Positions 15,001-27,997 of a stretch of 64,000 nt of DNA are shown here, piece after piece. The stretch's first letter is position 1; every line of letters starts with the position of its first letter. The position numbers were made by a program, and so were the translations under genes. Source of the DNA: Eledone cirrhosa (taxonomy: Eukaryota). Below the pieces are notes generated by a model. That model saw only the letters and a list, made by a program, of their open reading frames with translations. It was not told the DNA's origin and made no database searches. The stretch lies in the NCBI GenBank assembly GCA_964016885.1, contig OZ024764.1, positions 24,118,001 to 24,182,000 of the forward strand, given 5' to 3'.

Positions 15001-18000
15001 ACAGTTACTGTGTTGATAGTCAAAGTTGGTACTACTTCCACAGTTGGTGTGTTGGTAGTCAAAGTTGGTACTAGTTCCACAGTTGGTGTGTTGATAGTCA
15101 AAGTTGGTACTAGTTCCACAGTTGGTGTGTTGATAGTCAAAGTTGGTACTAGTTCCACAGTTACTGTGTTGGTAGTCAAAGTTGGTACTAGTTCCACAGT
15201 TTGTCTGTTGATAGTCAAAGTTGGTACTAGTTCCACAGTTACTGTGTTGATAGTCAAAGTTGGTACTAGTTCCACAGTTGGTGTGTTGATAGTCAAAGTT
15301 GGTACTAGTTCCACAGTTACTGTGTTGATAGTCAAAGTTGGTACTACTTCCACAGTTGGTGTGTTGGTAGTCAAAGTTGGTACTAGTTCCACAGTTTGTG
15401 TGTTGATAGTCAAAGTTGGTACTAGTTCCACAGTTACTGTGTTGATAGTCAAAGTTGGTACTGCTTCCACAGTTGGTGTGTTGATAGTCAAAGTTGGTAC
15501 TACTTCCACAGTTACTGTGTTGATAGTCAAAGTTGGTACTACTTCCACAGTTGGTGTGTTGATAGTCAAAGTTGGTACTACTTCCACAGTTGGTGTGTTG
15601 ATAGTCAAAGTTGGTACTAGTTCCACAGTTGGTGTGTTGATAGTCAAAGTTGGTACTAGTTCCACAGTTGGTGTGTTGATAGTCAAAGTTGGTACTACTT
15701 CCACAGTTGGTGTGTTGATAGTCAAAGTTGGTACTAGTTCCACAGTTGGTGTGTTGATAGTCAAAGTTGGTACTACTTCCACAGTTGGTGTGTTGATAGT
15801 CAAAGTTGGTACTAGTTCCACAGTTGGTGTGTTGATAGTCAAAGTTGGTACTAGTTCCACAGTTACTGTGTTGATAGTCAAAGTTGGTACTGCTTCCACA
15901 GTTGGTGTGTTGATAGTCAAAGTTGGTACTACTTCCACAGTTGGTGTGTTGATAGTCAAAGTTGGTACTAGTTCCACAGTTACTGTGTTGATAGTCAAAG
16001 TTGGTACTGCTTCCACAGTTGGTGTGTTGATAGTCAAAGTTGGTACTAGTTCCACAGTTGGTGTGTTGATAGTCAAAGTTGGTACTAGTTCCACAGTTAC
16101 TGTGTTGATAGTCAAAGTTGGTACTAGTTCCACAGTTGGTGTGTTGATAGTCAAAGTTGGTACTAGTTCCACAGTTACTGTGTTGATAGTCAAAGTTGGT
16201 ACTAGTTCCACAGTTGGTGTGTTGATAGTCAAAGTTGGTACTAGTTCCACAGTTGGTGTGTTGATAGTCAAAGTTGGTACTAGTTCCACAGTTACTGTGT
16301 TGATAGTCAAAGTTGGTACTAGTTCCACAGTTACTGTGTTGATAGTCAAAGTTGGTACTACTGCCACAGTTGGTGTGTTGATAGTCAAAGTTGGTACTAG
16401 TTCCACAGTTACTGTGTTGATAGTCAAAGTTGGTACTAGTTCCACAGTTACTGTGTTGATAGTCAAAGTTGGTACTAGTTCCACAGTAGGTGTGTTGATA
16501 GTCAAAGTTGGTACTAGTTCCACAGTTGGTGTGTTGATAGTCAAAGTTGGTACTAGTTCCACACTTGGTGTGTTGATAGTCAAAGTTGGTACTACTTCCA
16601 CAGTTTGTGTGTTGATAGTCAAAGTTGGTACTAGTTCCACAGTTGGTGTGTTGATAGTCAAAGTTGGTACTAGTTCCACAGTTGGTGTGTTGATAGTCAA
16701 AGTTGGTACTAGTTCCACAGTTGGTGTGTTGATAGTCAAAGTTGGTACTACTTCCACAGTTGGTCTGTTGATAGTCAAAGTTGGTACTACTTCCACAGTT
16801 GGTCTGTTGATAGTCAAAGTTGGTACTACTTCCACAGTTGGTGTGTTGATAGTCAAAGTTGGTACTACTTCCACAGTTGGTGTGTTGATAGTCAAAGTTG
16901 GTACTACTTCCACAGTTGGTGTGTTGATAGTCAAAGTTGGTACTAGTTCCACAGTTTGTGTGTTGATAGTCAAAGTTGGTACTAGTTCCACAGTAGGTGT
17001 GTTGATAGTCAAAGTTGGTACTAGTTCCACAGTTACTGTGTTGATAGTCAAAGTTGGTACTACTTCCACAGTTGGTGTGTTGATAGTCAAAGTTGGTACT
17101 AGTTCCACAGTTTGTGTGTTGATAGTCAAAGTTGGTACTACTTCCACAGTTGGTGTGTTGATAGTCAAAGTTGGTACTAGTTCCACAGTAGGTGTGTTGA
17201 TAGTCAAAGTTGGTACTACTTCCACAGTTGGTGTGTTGATAGTCAAAGTTGGCACTAGTTCCACAGTTGGTGTGTTGATAGTCAAAGTTGGTACTAGTTC
17301 CACAGAAGGTGTGTTGATAGTCAAAGTTGGTACTAGTTCCACAGTTTGTGTGTTGATAGTCAAAGTTGGTACTACTTCCACAGTTGGTGTGTTGATAGTC
17401 AAAGTTGGTACTAGTTATACAGTAGGTGTGTTGATAGTCAAAGTTGGTACTACTTCCACAGTTGGTGTGTTGATAGTCAAAGTTGGTACTAGTTCCACAG
17501 TTACTGTGTTGATAGTCAAAGTTGGTACTAGTTCCACAGTTGGTGTGTTGGTAGTCAAAGTTGGTACTAGTTCCACAGTTACTGTGTTTATAGTCAAAGT
17601 TGGTACTAGTTCCACAGTTGGTGTGTTGATAGTCAAAGTTGGTACTAGTTCCACAGTTACTGTGTTGATAGTCAAAGTTGGTACTACTTCCACAGTTGGT
17701 GTGTTGATAGTCAAAGTTGGTACTAGTTCCACAGTTTGTGTGTTGATAGTCAAAGTTGGTACTAGTTCCACAGTTGGTGTGTTGATAGTCAAAGTTGGTA
17801 CTACTTCCACAGTTACTGTGTTGATAGTCAAAGTTGGTACTACTTCCACAGTTGGTGTGTTGATAGTCAAAGTTGGTACTACTTCCACAGTTGGTGTGTT
17901 GATAGTCAAAGTTGGTACTAGTTCCACAGTTGGTGTGTTGATAGTCAAAGTTGGTACTACTTCCACAGTAGGTGTGTTGATAGTCAAAGTTGGTACTAGT

Positions 18001-19190
18001 TCCACAGTTGGTGTGTTGATAGTCAAAGTTGGTACTAGTTCCACAGTTGGTGTGTTGATAGTCAAAGTTGGTACTAGTTCCACAGTTGGTGTGTTGATAG
18101 TCAAAGTTGGTACTAGTTCCACAGTTACTGTGTTGATAGTCAAAGTTGGTACTACTTCCACAGTTGGTGTGTTGATAGTCAAAGTTGGTACTAGTTCCAC
18201 AGTTGGTGTGTTGATAGTCAAAGTTGGTACTAGTTCCACAGTTACTGTGTTGATAGTCAAAGTTGGTACTACTTCCACAGTTGGTGTTGATAGTCAAAGT
18301 TGGTACTAGTTCCACAGTTACTGTGTTGATAGTCAAAGTTGGTACTACTTCCACAGTTGGTGTGTTGATAGTCAAAGTTGGTACTAGTTCCACAATTGGT
18401 GTGTTGATAGTCAAAGTTGGTACTAGTTCCACAGTTGGTGTGTTGATAGTCAAAGTTGGTACTAGTTCCACAGTTGGTGTGTTGATAGTCAAAGTTGGTA
18501 CTACTTCCACAGTTGGTGTGTTGATAGTCAAAGTTGGTACTAGTTCCACAGTTGGTGTGTTGATAGTCAAAGTTGGTACTACTTCCACAGTTCATGTGTT
18601 GATAGTCAAAGTTGGTACTACTTCCACAGTTGGTGTGTTGATAGTCAAAGTTGGTACTAGTTCCACAGTTGGTGTGTTGATAGTCAAAGTTGGTACTACT
18701 TCCACAGTTGGTGTGTTGATAGTCAAAGTTGGTACTACTTCCACAGTTGGTGTGTTGATAGTCAAAGTTGGTACTACTTCCACAGTTGGTGTGTTGATAG
18801 TCAAAGTTGGTACTAGTTCCACAATTGGTGTGTTGATAGTCAAAGTTGGTACTAGTTCCACAGTTGGTGTGTTGATAGTCAAAGTTGGTACTAGTTCCAC
18901 AGTTGGTGTGTTGATAGTCAAAGTTGGTACTAGTTCCACAGTTGGTGTGTTGATAGTCAAAGTTGGTACTAGTTCCACAATTGGTGTGTTGATAGTCAAA
19001 GTTGGTACTAGTTCCACAGTTGGTGTGTTGATAGTCAAAGTTGGTACTAGTTCCACAGTTGGTGTGTTGATAGTCAAAGTTGGTACTAGTTCCACAGTTG
19101 GTGTGTTGATAGTCAAAGTTGGTACTAGTTCCACAGTTGGTGTGTTGATAGTCAAAGTTGGTACTAGTTCCACAGTTGATGTGTTGATAG
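1..19190. repeat. 39-bp tandem satellite (AGTCAAAGTTGGTACTAGTTCCACAGTTGGTGTGTTGAT), ~490 copies, runs off the left edge; intronic to RPGRIP1L
   Basis: Unit visible continuously with few substitution variants; the ORF track shows 13-aa periodicity. Confidence 0.99.
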
Positions 19191-19833
19191 GGCCATAAGG
19201 ACCTACCAATCGGGGCCATAAGGACCTACCAATCGGAACCATATAAGACCTACCAATCGGGGCCATAAGGACCGACCAATCGGGGCCATAAGGACCTACC
19301 AATCGGGGCCATAAGGACCTACCAATCGGAGCCATAAGGACCTACCAATCGGGGCCATAAGGACCTACCAATCGGGGCCATAAGGACCTACCAATTGGGG
19401 CCATAAGGACCTACCAATCGGGGCCATAAGGACCTACCAATCGGGGCCATAAGGACCTACCAATTGGGGCCATAAGGACCTACCAATCGGGGCCATAAGG
19501 ACCTACCAATCGGAGCCATGAGGACCTACCAATCGGAGCCATAAAGACCTACCAAACGGGGCCATAAGGACCTACCAATCGGGGCCATAAGGACCTACCA
19601 ATCGGGGCCATAAAGACCTACCAAACGGGGCCATAAGGACCTACCAATCGGGGCCATAAGGATCTACCAATCGGGGCCATAAGGACCTACCAATCAGAGC
19701 CATAAGGACCTACCAATCGGAGCCATGAGGACCTACCAATCGGAGCCATAAAGACCTACCAAACAGGGCCATAAGGACCTACCAAACGGGGCCATAAGGA
19801 CCTACCAATCGGGGCCATAAGGACCTACCAATC
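19190..19833. repeat. 23-bp minisatellite (GGGGCCATAAGGACCTACCAATC), ~28 copies
   Basis: Direct tandem repetition abutting the 39-bp array. Confidence 0.97.
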
Positions 19834-19925
19834 ACGGAGATGTCTATCTCTGGCTACAGCTTGACACGGTCATATGTTTAAATCTTATCTCATTGCGAGA
19901 GTAACTGAGGATACAACATACTTAC

Positions 19926-19997
19926 TGAACTTTATTAAATGTTTCGATATCTACTTCAGATGTGCTGTCATCAGGGGAGGGCATCTTCATCTTGGTT
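19926..19997 (-). CDS. RPGRIP1L: RPGRIP1L coding exon (72 nt, phase 2-2): (R)TKMKMPSPDDSTSEVDIETFNKV
   Basis: Acceptor ttatttcag|AACC, donor TTCA|gtaagt; open frame continues the preceding exon. Confidence 0.75.
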
Positions 19998-20135
19998 CTG
20001 AAATAACAATAATAATAATGATTTCATTTATTAGCCACAAGGGCCGACATGTAGGGGACAATACAAAGACAGGGACAGTGGGGGTTTACAATAAGGTCGA
20101 GTAAAAGTGCACAATGGCAAGACTAATTTATAATA

Positions 20136-20307
20136 AGGCCAGCAAATACTCCAGTACATTACTGGTACTTTATTTTATCGACCCCGTAAGGATGAAAGGC
20201 AAAGTTAACCTCAGCGGGATTTGAACTCAGAATAGCAAGGGCTGTAACTCTATGCGTCAAAGCATGGCGTCCGACACTCTACCGATACTGCCAATCCACC
20301 GCCCTAC

Positions 20308-20354
<47 letters not shown>

Positions 20355-21222
20355 TGTTTCTACTTTTGGCACAAGGCCAGCAATTACCCCAGTACATTAC
20401 TGGTACTTTATTTTATCGACCCCGTAAGGATGAAAGGCAAAGTTAACCTCGGCGGGATTTGAACTCAGATCAGAAAGGGGCGTAACTCTGTGCTACAGAG
20501 CATGTTGTCTGACCCTCTACCGATACTGCCAAACCACCGCCCTATGGTTTCATTTATTGGCTACAGGGGCCAACATATTGGGGACAATACACTAGACAGG
20601 GACAGTGTGTGTGTGTGGGGGGGGGGGGGGGGCGTTACATATAAAACGTGTAAAAATATAAATAACAATAACAAAATAACAATAAAAATACAACAATGAG
20701 AATTCCCCAATGGAGGGGATAACCACCCAGGGTTAACTCGGGTACCCCACCAATCCTGAACCACCCGACACTTTGAGGGTACCTGCACCCCTCTACTCCT
20801 CAAATTCACCAGCCTAAAGGCGCATGATCAGAGTAGGCCCACTCACACGGGCCATTCTGCCACATTCACCCACCTTTCAGCAAATGTACTGGGAAGGCCA
20901 GCAATTTGGGGGTGGCGAAAGTGGATTAAATCAGCCCCAGTGTGTTACTGGTACTTTATTTTATCGACCTCGTTAACTTCAGACAATAAAGGGCCGTAAC
21001 TCTATGCTGCAAAGCATGGCGTCTGACCTTGTATCGATACTGACAAAATAATTGTTTCTACTTTAGGCACAAGGCCAGCAATTACCCAGTACATTACTGG
21101 TACTTTATTTTATCGACCCCGTAAGGATAAAAGGCAAAGTTAACCTCGGCAGGATTTGAACTCAGAACGTAAAAGGCCATAACTCTATGCCGCAAAGACA
21201 GGTGTCTGACGCTCCACCGATT
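20136..21222 (-). mobile_element. Cluster of four tRNA-derived SINE copies/fragments (~20136-20305, 20356-20543, 20895-21045, 21050-21222), Meta/Sauria-like central domain
   Basis: Repeated ...CCAGTACATTACTGGTACTTTATTTTATCGACCCCGTAAGGATGAAAGGCAAAGTTAACCTCGGCGGGATTTGAACTC; reverse complement has box B GAGTTCAAATC and a GCCTTTCATCC...GGTCGATAAAA core; (AAT)n spacers. Confidence 0.8.
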
Positions 21223-21446
21223 CTAATGATAGTAATAGTTTCTGTATTAGATACACAGAGGTGACATGAAACAAACAATAGAGACGGCACCGGACGATAG
21301 AGTGAGGGTTTTTGTGAGTATGTGGGCTTTCTCCACGTGTGACCCGTCAGGGTAACGCCACCCACCAATGGGGGATACCAAGCCCCACACTGTAAAGTGG
21401 TAGTGTGAGTCAGGCATGTCAAACTGAGGGTCCCCCGAGGGTCACA

Positions 21447-21675
21447 TGTGTTGTCTGAGGGCCACAAATGACAACTAATGTGTTGTCTGAGGGCCCCACA
21501 TGACAACTAATGTGTTGTCTGAGGGCCACACATGACAACTAACGTGTTGTCTGAGGGCCACACATGACAACTAATATGTTGTCTGAGGGCCACACATGAC
21601 AACTAATATGTTGTCTGAGGGCCACACATAACAACTAATGTGTTGTCTGAGGGCCACACATGACAACTAATATGT
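21447..21675. repeat. 32-bp minisatellite (ATGTGTTGTCTGAGGGCCACACATGACAACTA), ~7 copies
   Basis: Direct tandem repetition. Confidence 0.93.
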
Positions 21676-21782
21676 TCTATCTTATATTATGAACATAAAA
21701 CATGCTCACGCTGTAAAAAACTTTGTAAGGGCCACAGGTGTGCTTGCAAAGGGCTGCATGTTTGTCATGCCTGGTGTAGATA

Positions 21783-24700
21783 ACACAACAAAAAGTACCC
21801 AGTCCACACTGTAAAGTGGTCATGTAGGTGTCACAACAAAAAGCACCCAGTCCACACTGTAAAGTGGTCATGTAGGTGTCACAACAAAAAGTACCCAGTC
21901 CACACTGTAAAGTGGTCATGTAGGTGTCACAACAAAAAGCACCCAGTCCACACTGTAAAGTGGTCATGTAGGTGTCACAACAAAAAGCACCCAGTCCACA
22001 TTGTAAAGTGGTCATGTAGGTGTCACAACAAAAAGCACCCAGTCCACACTGTAAAGTGGTCATGTAGGTGTCACAACAAAAAGCACCCAGTCCACATTGT
22101 AAAGTGGTCATGTAGGTGTCACAACAAAAAGTACCCAGTTCACTCTGTAAAGTGGTCATGTAGGTGTCACAACAAAAAGTACCATCTACACTGTAAAGTG
22201 GTCATGTAGGTGTCACAACAAAAAGCACCCAGTCCACACTGTAAAGTGGTCATGTAGGTGTCACAACAAAAAGCACCCAGTCCTCACTGTAAAGTGGTCA
22301 TGTAGGTGTCACAACAAATAGTACCCAGTCCACACTGTAAAGTGGTCATGTAGGTGTCACAACAAAAAGCACCCAGTCCACACTGTAAAGTGGTCATGTA
22401 GGTGTCACAACAAACAGCACCCAGTCCACACTGTAAAGTGGTCATGTAGGTGTCACAACAAAAAGTACCCAGTCCACACTGTAAAGTGGTCATGTAGGTG
22501 TCACAACAAAAAGCACCCAGTCCACACTGTAAAGTGGTCATGTAGGTGTCACAACAAAAAGCACCCAGTCCACATTGTAAAGTGGTCATGTAGGTGTCAC
22601 AACAAAAAGTACCCAGTTCACTCTGTAAAGTGGTCATGTAGGTGTCACAACAAAAAGAACCGTCTACACTGTAAAGTGGTCATGTAGGTGTCACAACAAA
22701 AAGCACCCAGTCCACACTGTAAAGTGGTCATGTAGGTGTCACAACAAAAAGCACCCAGTCCACACTGTAAAGTGGTCATGTAGGTGTCACAACAAAAAGC
22801 ACCCAGTCCACACTGTAAAGTGGTCATGTAGGTGTCACAACAAAAAGTAGCCAGTCCACACTGTAAAGTGGTCATGTAGGTGTCACAACAAATAGTACCC
22901 AGTCCACACTGTAAAGTGGTCATGTAGGTGTCACAACAAAAAGCACCCAGTCCACACTGTAAAGTGGTCATGTAGGTGTCACAACAAACAACACCCAGTC
23001 CACACTGTAAAGTGGTCATGTAGGTGTCACAACAAAAAGCACCCAGTCCACACTGTAAAGTGGTCATGTAGGTGTCACAATAAAAAGCACCCAGTCCACA
23101 CTGTAAAGTGGTCATGTAGGTGTCACAACAAAAAGCACCCAGTCCACATTGTAAAGTGGTCATGTAGGTGTCACAACAAAAAGTACCCAGTTCACTCTGT
23201 AAAGTGGTCATGTAGGTGTCACAACAAAAAGCACCCAGTCCACACTGTAAAGTGGTCATGTAGGTGTCACAACAAACAACACCCAGTCCACACTGTAAAG
23301 TGGTCATGTAGGTGTCACAACAAAAAGTACCCAGTCCACACTGTAAAGTGGTCATGTAGGTGTCACAACAAAAAGCACCCAGTCCACACTGTAAAGTGGT
23401 CATGTAGGTGTCACAACAAATAGTACCCAGTCCACACTGTAAAGTGGTCATGTAGGTGTCACAACAAACAACACCCAGTCCACACTGTAAAGTGGTCATG
23501 TAGGTGTCACAACAAAAAGTACCCAGTCCACACTGTAAAGTGGTCATGTAGGTGTCACAACAAAAAGTACCCAGTGCAAACTGTAAAGTGGTCATGTAGG
23601 TGTCACAACAAAAAGCACCCAGTTCACGCTGTAAAGTGGTCATGTAGGTGTCACAACAAAAAGCACCCAGTCCACACTGTAAAGTGGTCATGTAGGTGTC
23701 ACAACAAATAGTACCCAGTCCACACTGTAAAGTGGTCATGTAGGTGTCACAACAAACAACACCCAGTCCACACTGTAAAGTGGTCATGTAGGTGTCACAA
23801 CAAAAAGTACCCAGTCCACACTGTAAAGTGGTCATGTAGGTGTCACAACAAAAAGTACCCAGTGCAAACTGTAAAGTGGTCATGTAGGTGTCACAACAAA
23901 AAGCACCCAGTTCACGCTGTAAAGTGGTCATGTAGGTGTCACAACAAAAAGCACCCAGTCCACACTGTAAAGTGGTCATGTAGGTGTCACAACAAAAAGT
24001 ACCCAGTCCACACTGTAAAGTGGTCATGTAGGTGTCACAACAAAAAGTACTCAGTCCACACTGTAAAGTGGTCATGTAGGTGTCACAACAAAAAGTACCC
24101 AGTGCAAACTGTAAAGTGGTCATGTAGGTGTCACAACAAAAAGCACCCAGTTCACGCTGTAAAGTGGTCATGTAGGTGTCACAACAAAAAGTACTCAGTC
24201 CACACTGTAAAGTGGTCATGTAGGTGTCACAACAAATAGTACCCAGTCCACACTGTAAAGTGGTCATGTAGGTGTCACAACAAAAAGCACCCAGTCCACA
24301 CTGTAAAGTGGTCATGTAGGTGTCACAACAAATAGTACCCAGTCCACACTGTAAAGTGGTCATGTAGGTGTCACAACAAATAGTACCCAGTCCACACTGT
24401 AAAGTGGTCATGTAGGTGTCACAACAAACAACACCCAGTCCACACTGTAAAGTGGTCATGTAGGTGTCACAACAAACAACACCCAGTCCACACTGTAAAG
24501 TGGTCATGTAGGTGTCACAACAAACAACACGCAGTCCACACTGTAAAGTGGTCATGTAGGTGTCACAACAAAAAGTACCCAGTGCAAACTGTAAAGTGGT
24601 CATGTAGGTGTCACAACAAAAAGCACCCAGTTCACGCTGTAAAGTGGTCATGTAGGTGTCACAACAAAAAGTACTCAGTCCACACTGTAAAGTGGTCATG

Positions 24701-26325
24701 TAGGTGTCACAACAAATAGTACCCAGTCCACACTGTAAAGTGGTCATGTAGGTGTCACAACAAAAAGCACCCAGTCCACACTGTAAAGTGGTCATGTAGG
24801 TGTCACAACAAAAAGTACCCAGTCCACACTGTAAAGTGGTCATGTAGGTGTCACAACAAAAAGCACCCAGTTCACTCTGTAAAGTGGTCATGTAGGTGTC
24901 ACAACAAAAAGCACCCAGTCCACACTGTAAAGTGGTCATGTAGGTGTCACAACAAAAAGCACCCAGTCCACACTGTAAAGTGGTCATGTAGGTGTCACAA
25001 CAAAAAGCACCCAGTTCACTCTGTAAAGTGGTCATGTAGGTGTCACAACAAAAAGCACCCAGTCCACACTGTAAAGTGGTCATGTAGGTGTCACAACAAA
25101 AGGTACCCAGTCCACCCTGTAAAGTGGTCATGTAGGTGTCACAACAAAAAGCACCCAGTCCACACTGTAAAGTGGTCATGTAGGTGTCACAACAAAAAGT
25201 ACCAGTCCACACTGTAAAGTGGTCATGTAGGTGTCACAACAAAAGGTACCCAGTCCACCCTGTAAAGTGGTCATGTAGGTGTCACAACAAAAAGTACCCA
25301 GTCCACACTGTAAAGTGGTCATGTAGGTGTCACAACAAAAAGTACCAGTCCACACTGTAAAGTGGTCATGTAGGTGTCACAACAAAAGGTACCCAGTCCA
25401 CCCTGTAAAGTGGTCATGTAGGTGTCACAACAAAAAGTACCCAGTCCACCCTGTAAAGTGGTCATGTAGGTGTCACAACAAAAAGTACCCAGTCCACCCT
25501 GTAAAGTGGTCATGTAGGTGTCACAACAAAAAGCACCCAGTCCACCCTGTAAAGTGGTCATGTAGGTGTCACAACAAAAAGTACCCAGTCCACCCTGTAA
25601 AGTGGTCATGTAGGTGTCACAACAAAAAGTACCCAGTCCACCCTGTAAAGTGGTCATGTAGGTGTCACAACAAAAAGCACCCAGTCCACACTGTAAAGTG
25701 GTCATGTAGGTGTCACAACAAAAGGTACCCAGTCCACACTATAAAGTGGTCATGTAGGTGTCACAACATAAAGTACCCAGTCCACACTGTAAAGTGGTCA
25801 TGTAGGTGTCACAACAAAAAGCACCCAGTTCACTCTGTAAAGTGGTCATGTAGGTGTCACAACAAAAAGCACCCAGTCCACACTGTAAAGTGGTCATGTA
25901 GGTGTCACAACAAAAAGCACCCAGTCCACACTGTAAAGTGGTCATGTAGGTGTCACAACAAAAGGTACCCAGTCCACACTATAAAGTGGTCATGTAGGTG
26001 TCACAACATAAAGTACCCAGTCCACACTGTAAAGTGGTCATGTAGGTGTCACAACAAAAAGCACCCAGTCCACACTGTAAAGTGGTCATGTAGGTGTCAC
26101 AACAAAAAGCACCCAGTCCACACTGTAAAGTGGTCATGTAGGTGTCACAACAAAAAGTACCCAGTCCACACTGTAAAGTGGTCATGTAGGTGTCACAACA
26201 AAAAGCACCCAGTCCACACTGTAAAGTGGTCATGTAGGTGTCACAACAAACAACACCCAGTCCACACTGTAAAGTGGTCATGTAGGTGTCACAACAAAAA
26301 GCACCCAGTCCACACTGTAAAGTGG
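21783..26325 (+). repeat. 48-bp satellite (CACAACAAAAAGCACCCAGTCCACACTGTAAAGTGGTCATGTAGGTGT), ~95 copies
   Basis: Direct tandem repetition; runs seamlessly into a retroelement 3' tail at 26325. Confidence 0.98.
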
Positions 26326-26466
26326 TTGGCGTTAAGGGCATCCAGCTGTAGAAACCAAGCCAGAAACAGTTCTGTATGAGCAAGACATGGTCACCTGACC
26401 TGGCATTACCCACAACAGGACAACCCGTCTAACCCATGCTTGCGTGGAAGAATGGACATAAAACGG

Positions 26467-26497
<31 letters not shown>
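26325..26497 (+). mobile_element. RTE/SINE 3' tail ending in (GAT)n
   Basis: GTTGGCGTTAAGGGCATCCAGCTGTAGAAAC...CCCATGC...AAACGGTGATGATG; the same tail recurs at 31.5, 32.1, 37.5, 40.9, 41.9 and 60.3 kb. Confidence 0.8.
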
Positions 26498-26631
26498 ATG
26501 TAAAAAATAAAAAGGTTATAATAAAAAGTTAAAAAATATACAATTAAAAATCAAACAAACAAAAAGAGTGTCCCCCTATTGCGGGAGAAAAGTTAATTAG
26601 AATAATTAATGGAGTAAATAATTTACTGTAC

Positions 26632-26702
26632 CTTGAGAGCTGAGGTCCAATTACCCGGCGACTCTTCAAAATACGGGGCTCTGGAGGGGGTTTAGGGAGA
26701 CC
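26632..26702 (-). CDS. RPGRIP1L: RPGRIP1L coding exon (71 nt, phase 0-2): GLPKPPPEPRILKSRRVIGPQLS
   Basis: Strong polypyrimidine acceptor ttttctttcttttttag|GGT, donor AAG|gtacag; supplies the G of RINTG. Confidence 0.82.
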
Positions 26703-26730
26703 CTAAAAAAGAAAGAAAATAACAATATAA

Positions 26731-27608
26731 TCGATATATATAAAACTGAGGATGTCTGTCTGTCTGTGTGAGTTTGAATCCCTAAAACTCAAGAACCACC
26801 CAACTGACTGTTTTCAAACTTTACTCATGTAATACTTATGTTTCAGGGAGTGTTCTGAGCAAAGAAAATTTCAAATTTTCAATGCCCTACGGACCGCATT
26901 AGACGATTTAGAGATCTCTCTCTATAATTCTTAGTCTTTCTCTTTTTAGATAGATACATACATATAACGTCGCGCCTTTATAATATCTGTCTGTATGTCT
27001 GGCTGTCTGCATTACGTCACTTCCCTGAGCATGTCTGTGTGTGTGTGTCTGTGAGTTTGAATCCCTAAAACTCGAGAAGTACCCAACCGACTTTTTTCAA
27101 ACTTTATATGTGTATTATTTATGTTTCAGGGAGTGTTATGCACATAAAAAAAATTCAGCATTAGGTGAAAAACTGCGTTTTTTTCAGGTTTTTAGGGGTT
27201 TTTTGAGTCGTTACATCAGACTGATTTCCTTGAAATTGTAACTATGTATTAGTCAGTCTCTTCTTCATACTGTGAGCAAAGAAAATCCAACTTTTTTATG
27301 GCCTAGGGCTCGCATTAGGTGAAAAACTTCATTTTTTCAGCTTTTTAGGGCTTTTTTGAGGCGTTACGCCTAGCCGATCTTCCCGAAATTTCAAAGCATA
27401 TTATGCAGATAAAAAAAATTCATTTTCTTGATCCCTTAGGTGAAAACTTGCATTTTTCCTGCTTCATTGAGGAAAATCTTAAAGATTATCCAGCCATCAG
27501 AGTATTCGGTTTATTTTCTTTACATATGCAGTTTTTCCACGATTAGGTCTGTTGCCGGCCCGCGTTCCAAAATACCTTATCCCGTGCAACGCCGGGTACC
27601 ACTGCTAG
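26731..27608 (+). mobile_element. Non-autonomous Helitron
   Basis: 5' A|TCGATATATATAAAA; 3' GC-rich hairpin CCCGTGCAACGCCGGG then CTAG|T; inserted between A and T with no TSD; internal duplicated blocks (GTGAGTTTGAATCCCTAAAACTC twice). Confidence 0.8.
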
Positions 27609-27621
27609 TCTACAATATAAT

Positions 27622-27965
27622 GGTTTCTACTTTTGGCACAAGGCCAGCAATTATCCCAGTACATTACTGGTACTTTATTTTATCGACCCCCGTAAGGATG
27701 AAAGGGAAAACAAACCTCGGGGGGATTTGAACTCAGACTGTAAAGGGCTATAACTCTATGCTGCAAAGCACGGCATCCGACCTTCTACCAATATTGCCGA
27801 TCCCCCGCCCTTAATATTTAAAATATAATGGTTTCTGATTAGGCAAAAGGCTAACCATTTGGGGGCAGTCGAAAGTCAATTAAATCAACCCCAGTACATT
27901 ACTGCTACTTTATCAACCTCGAAAGGATTAAAGCAAAGCTAACCTTGGTAGGATTTGAACTGAAA
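27622..27965 (-). mobile_element. Two tRNA-SINE copies (same family as at 20.1-21.2 kb)
   Basis: Same central domain and box B complement (GGATTTGAACT). Confidence 0.75.
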
Positions 27966-27997
27966 CATCAAAATAATAATATCAATTCTTCTTCCTA

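Noticed and set aside
385-18309. 5974-aa ORF (VLIVKVGTSSTVG)n and antisense (TINTPTVELVPTL)n / (NCGTSTNFDYQHT)n ORFs
   Set aside because: The 39-bp unit is divisible by 3 and stop-free in several frames on both strands. There are no unique termini, no true start context and no synonymous bias, and it lies in an intron.
21677-26413. Cys-rich (MTTLQCGLGAFCCDTY)n ORFs resembling metallothionein or keratin-associated proteins
   Set aside because: Translation of a 48-bp repeat derived from a non-coding retroelement tail.
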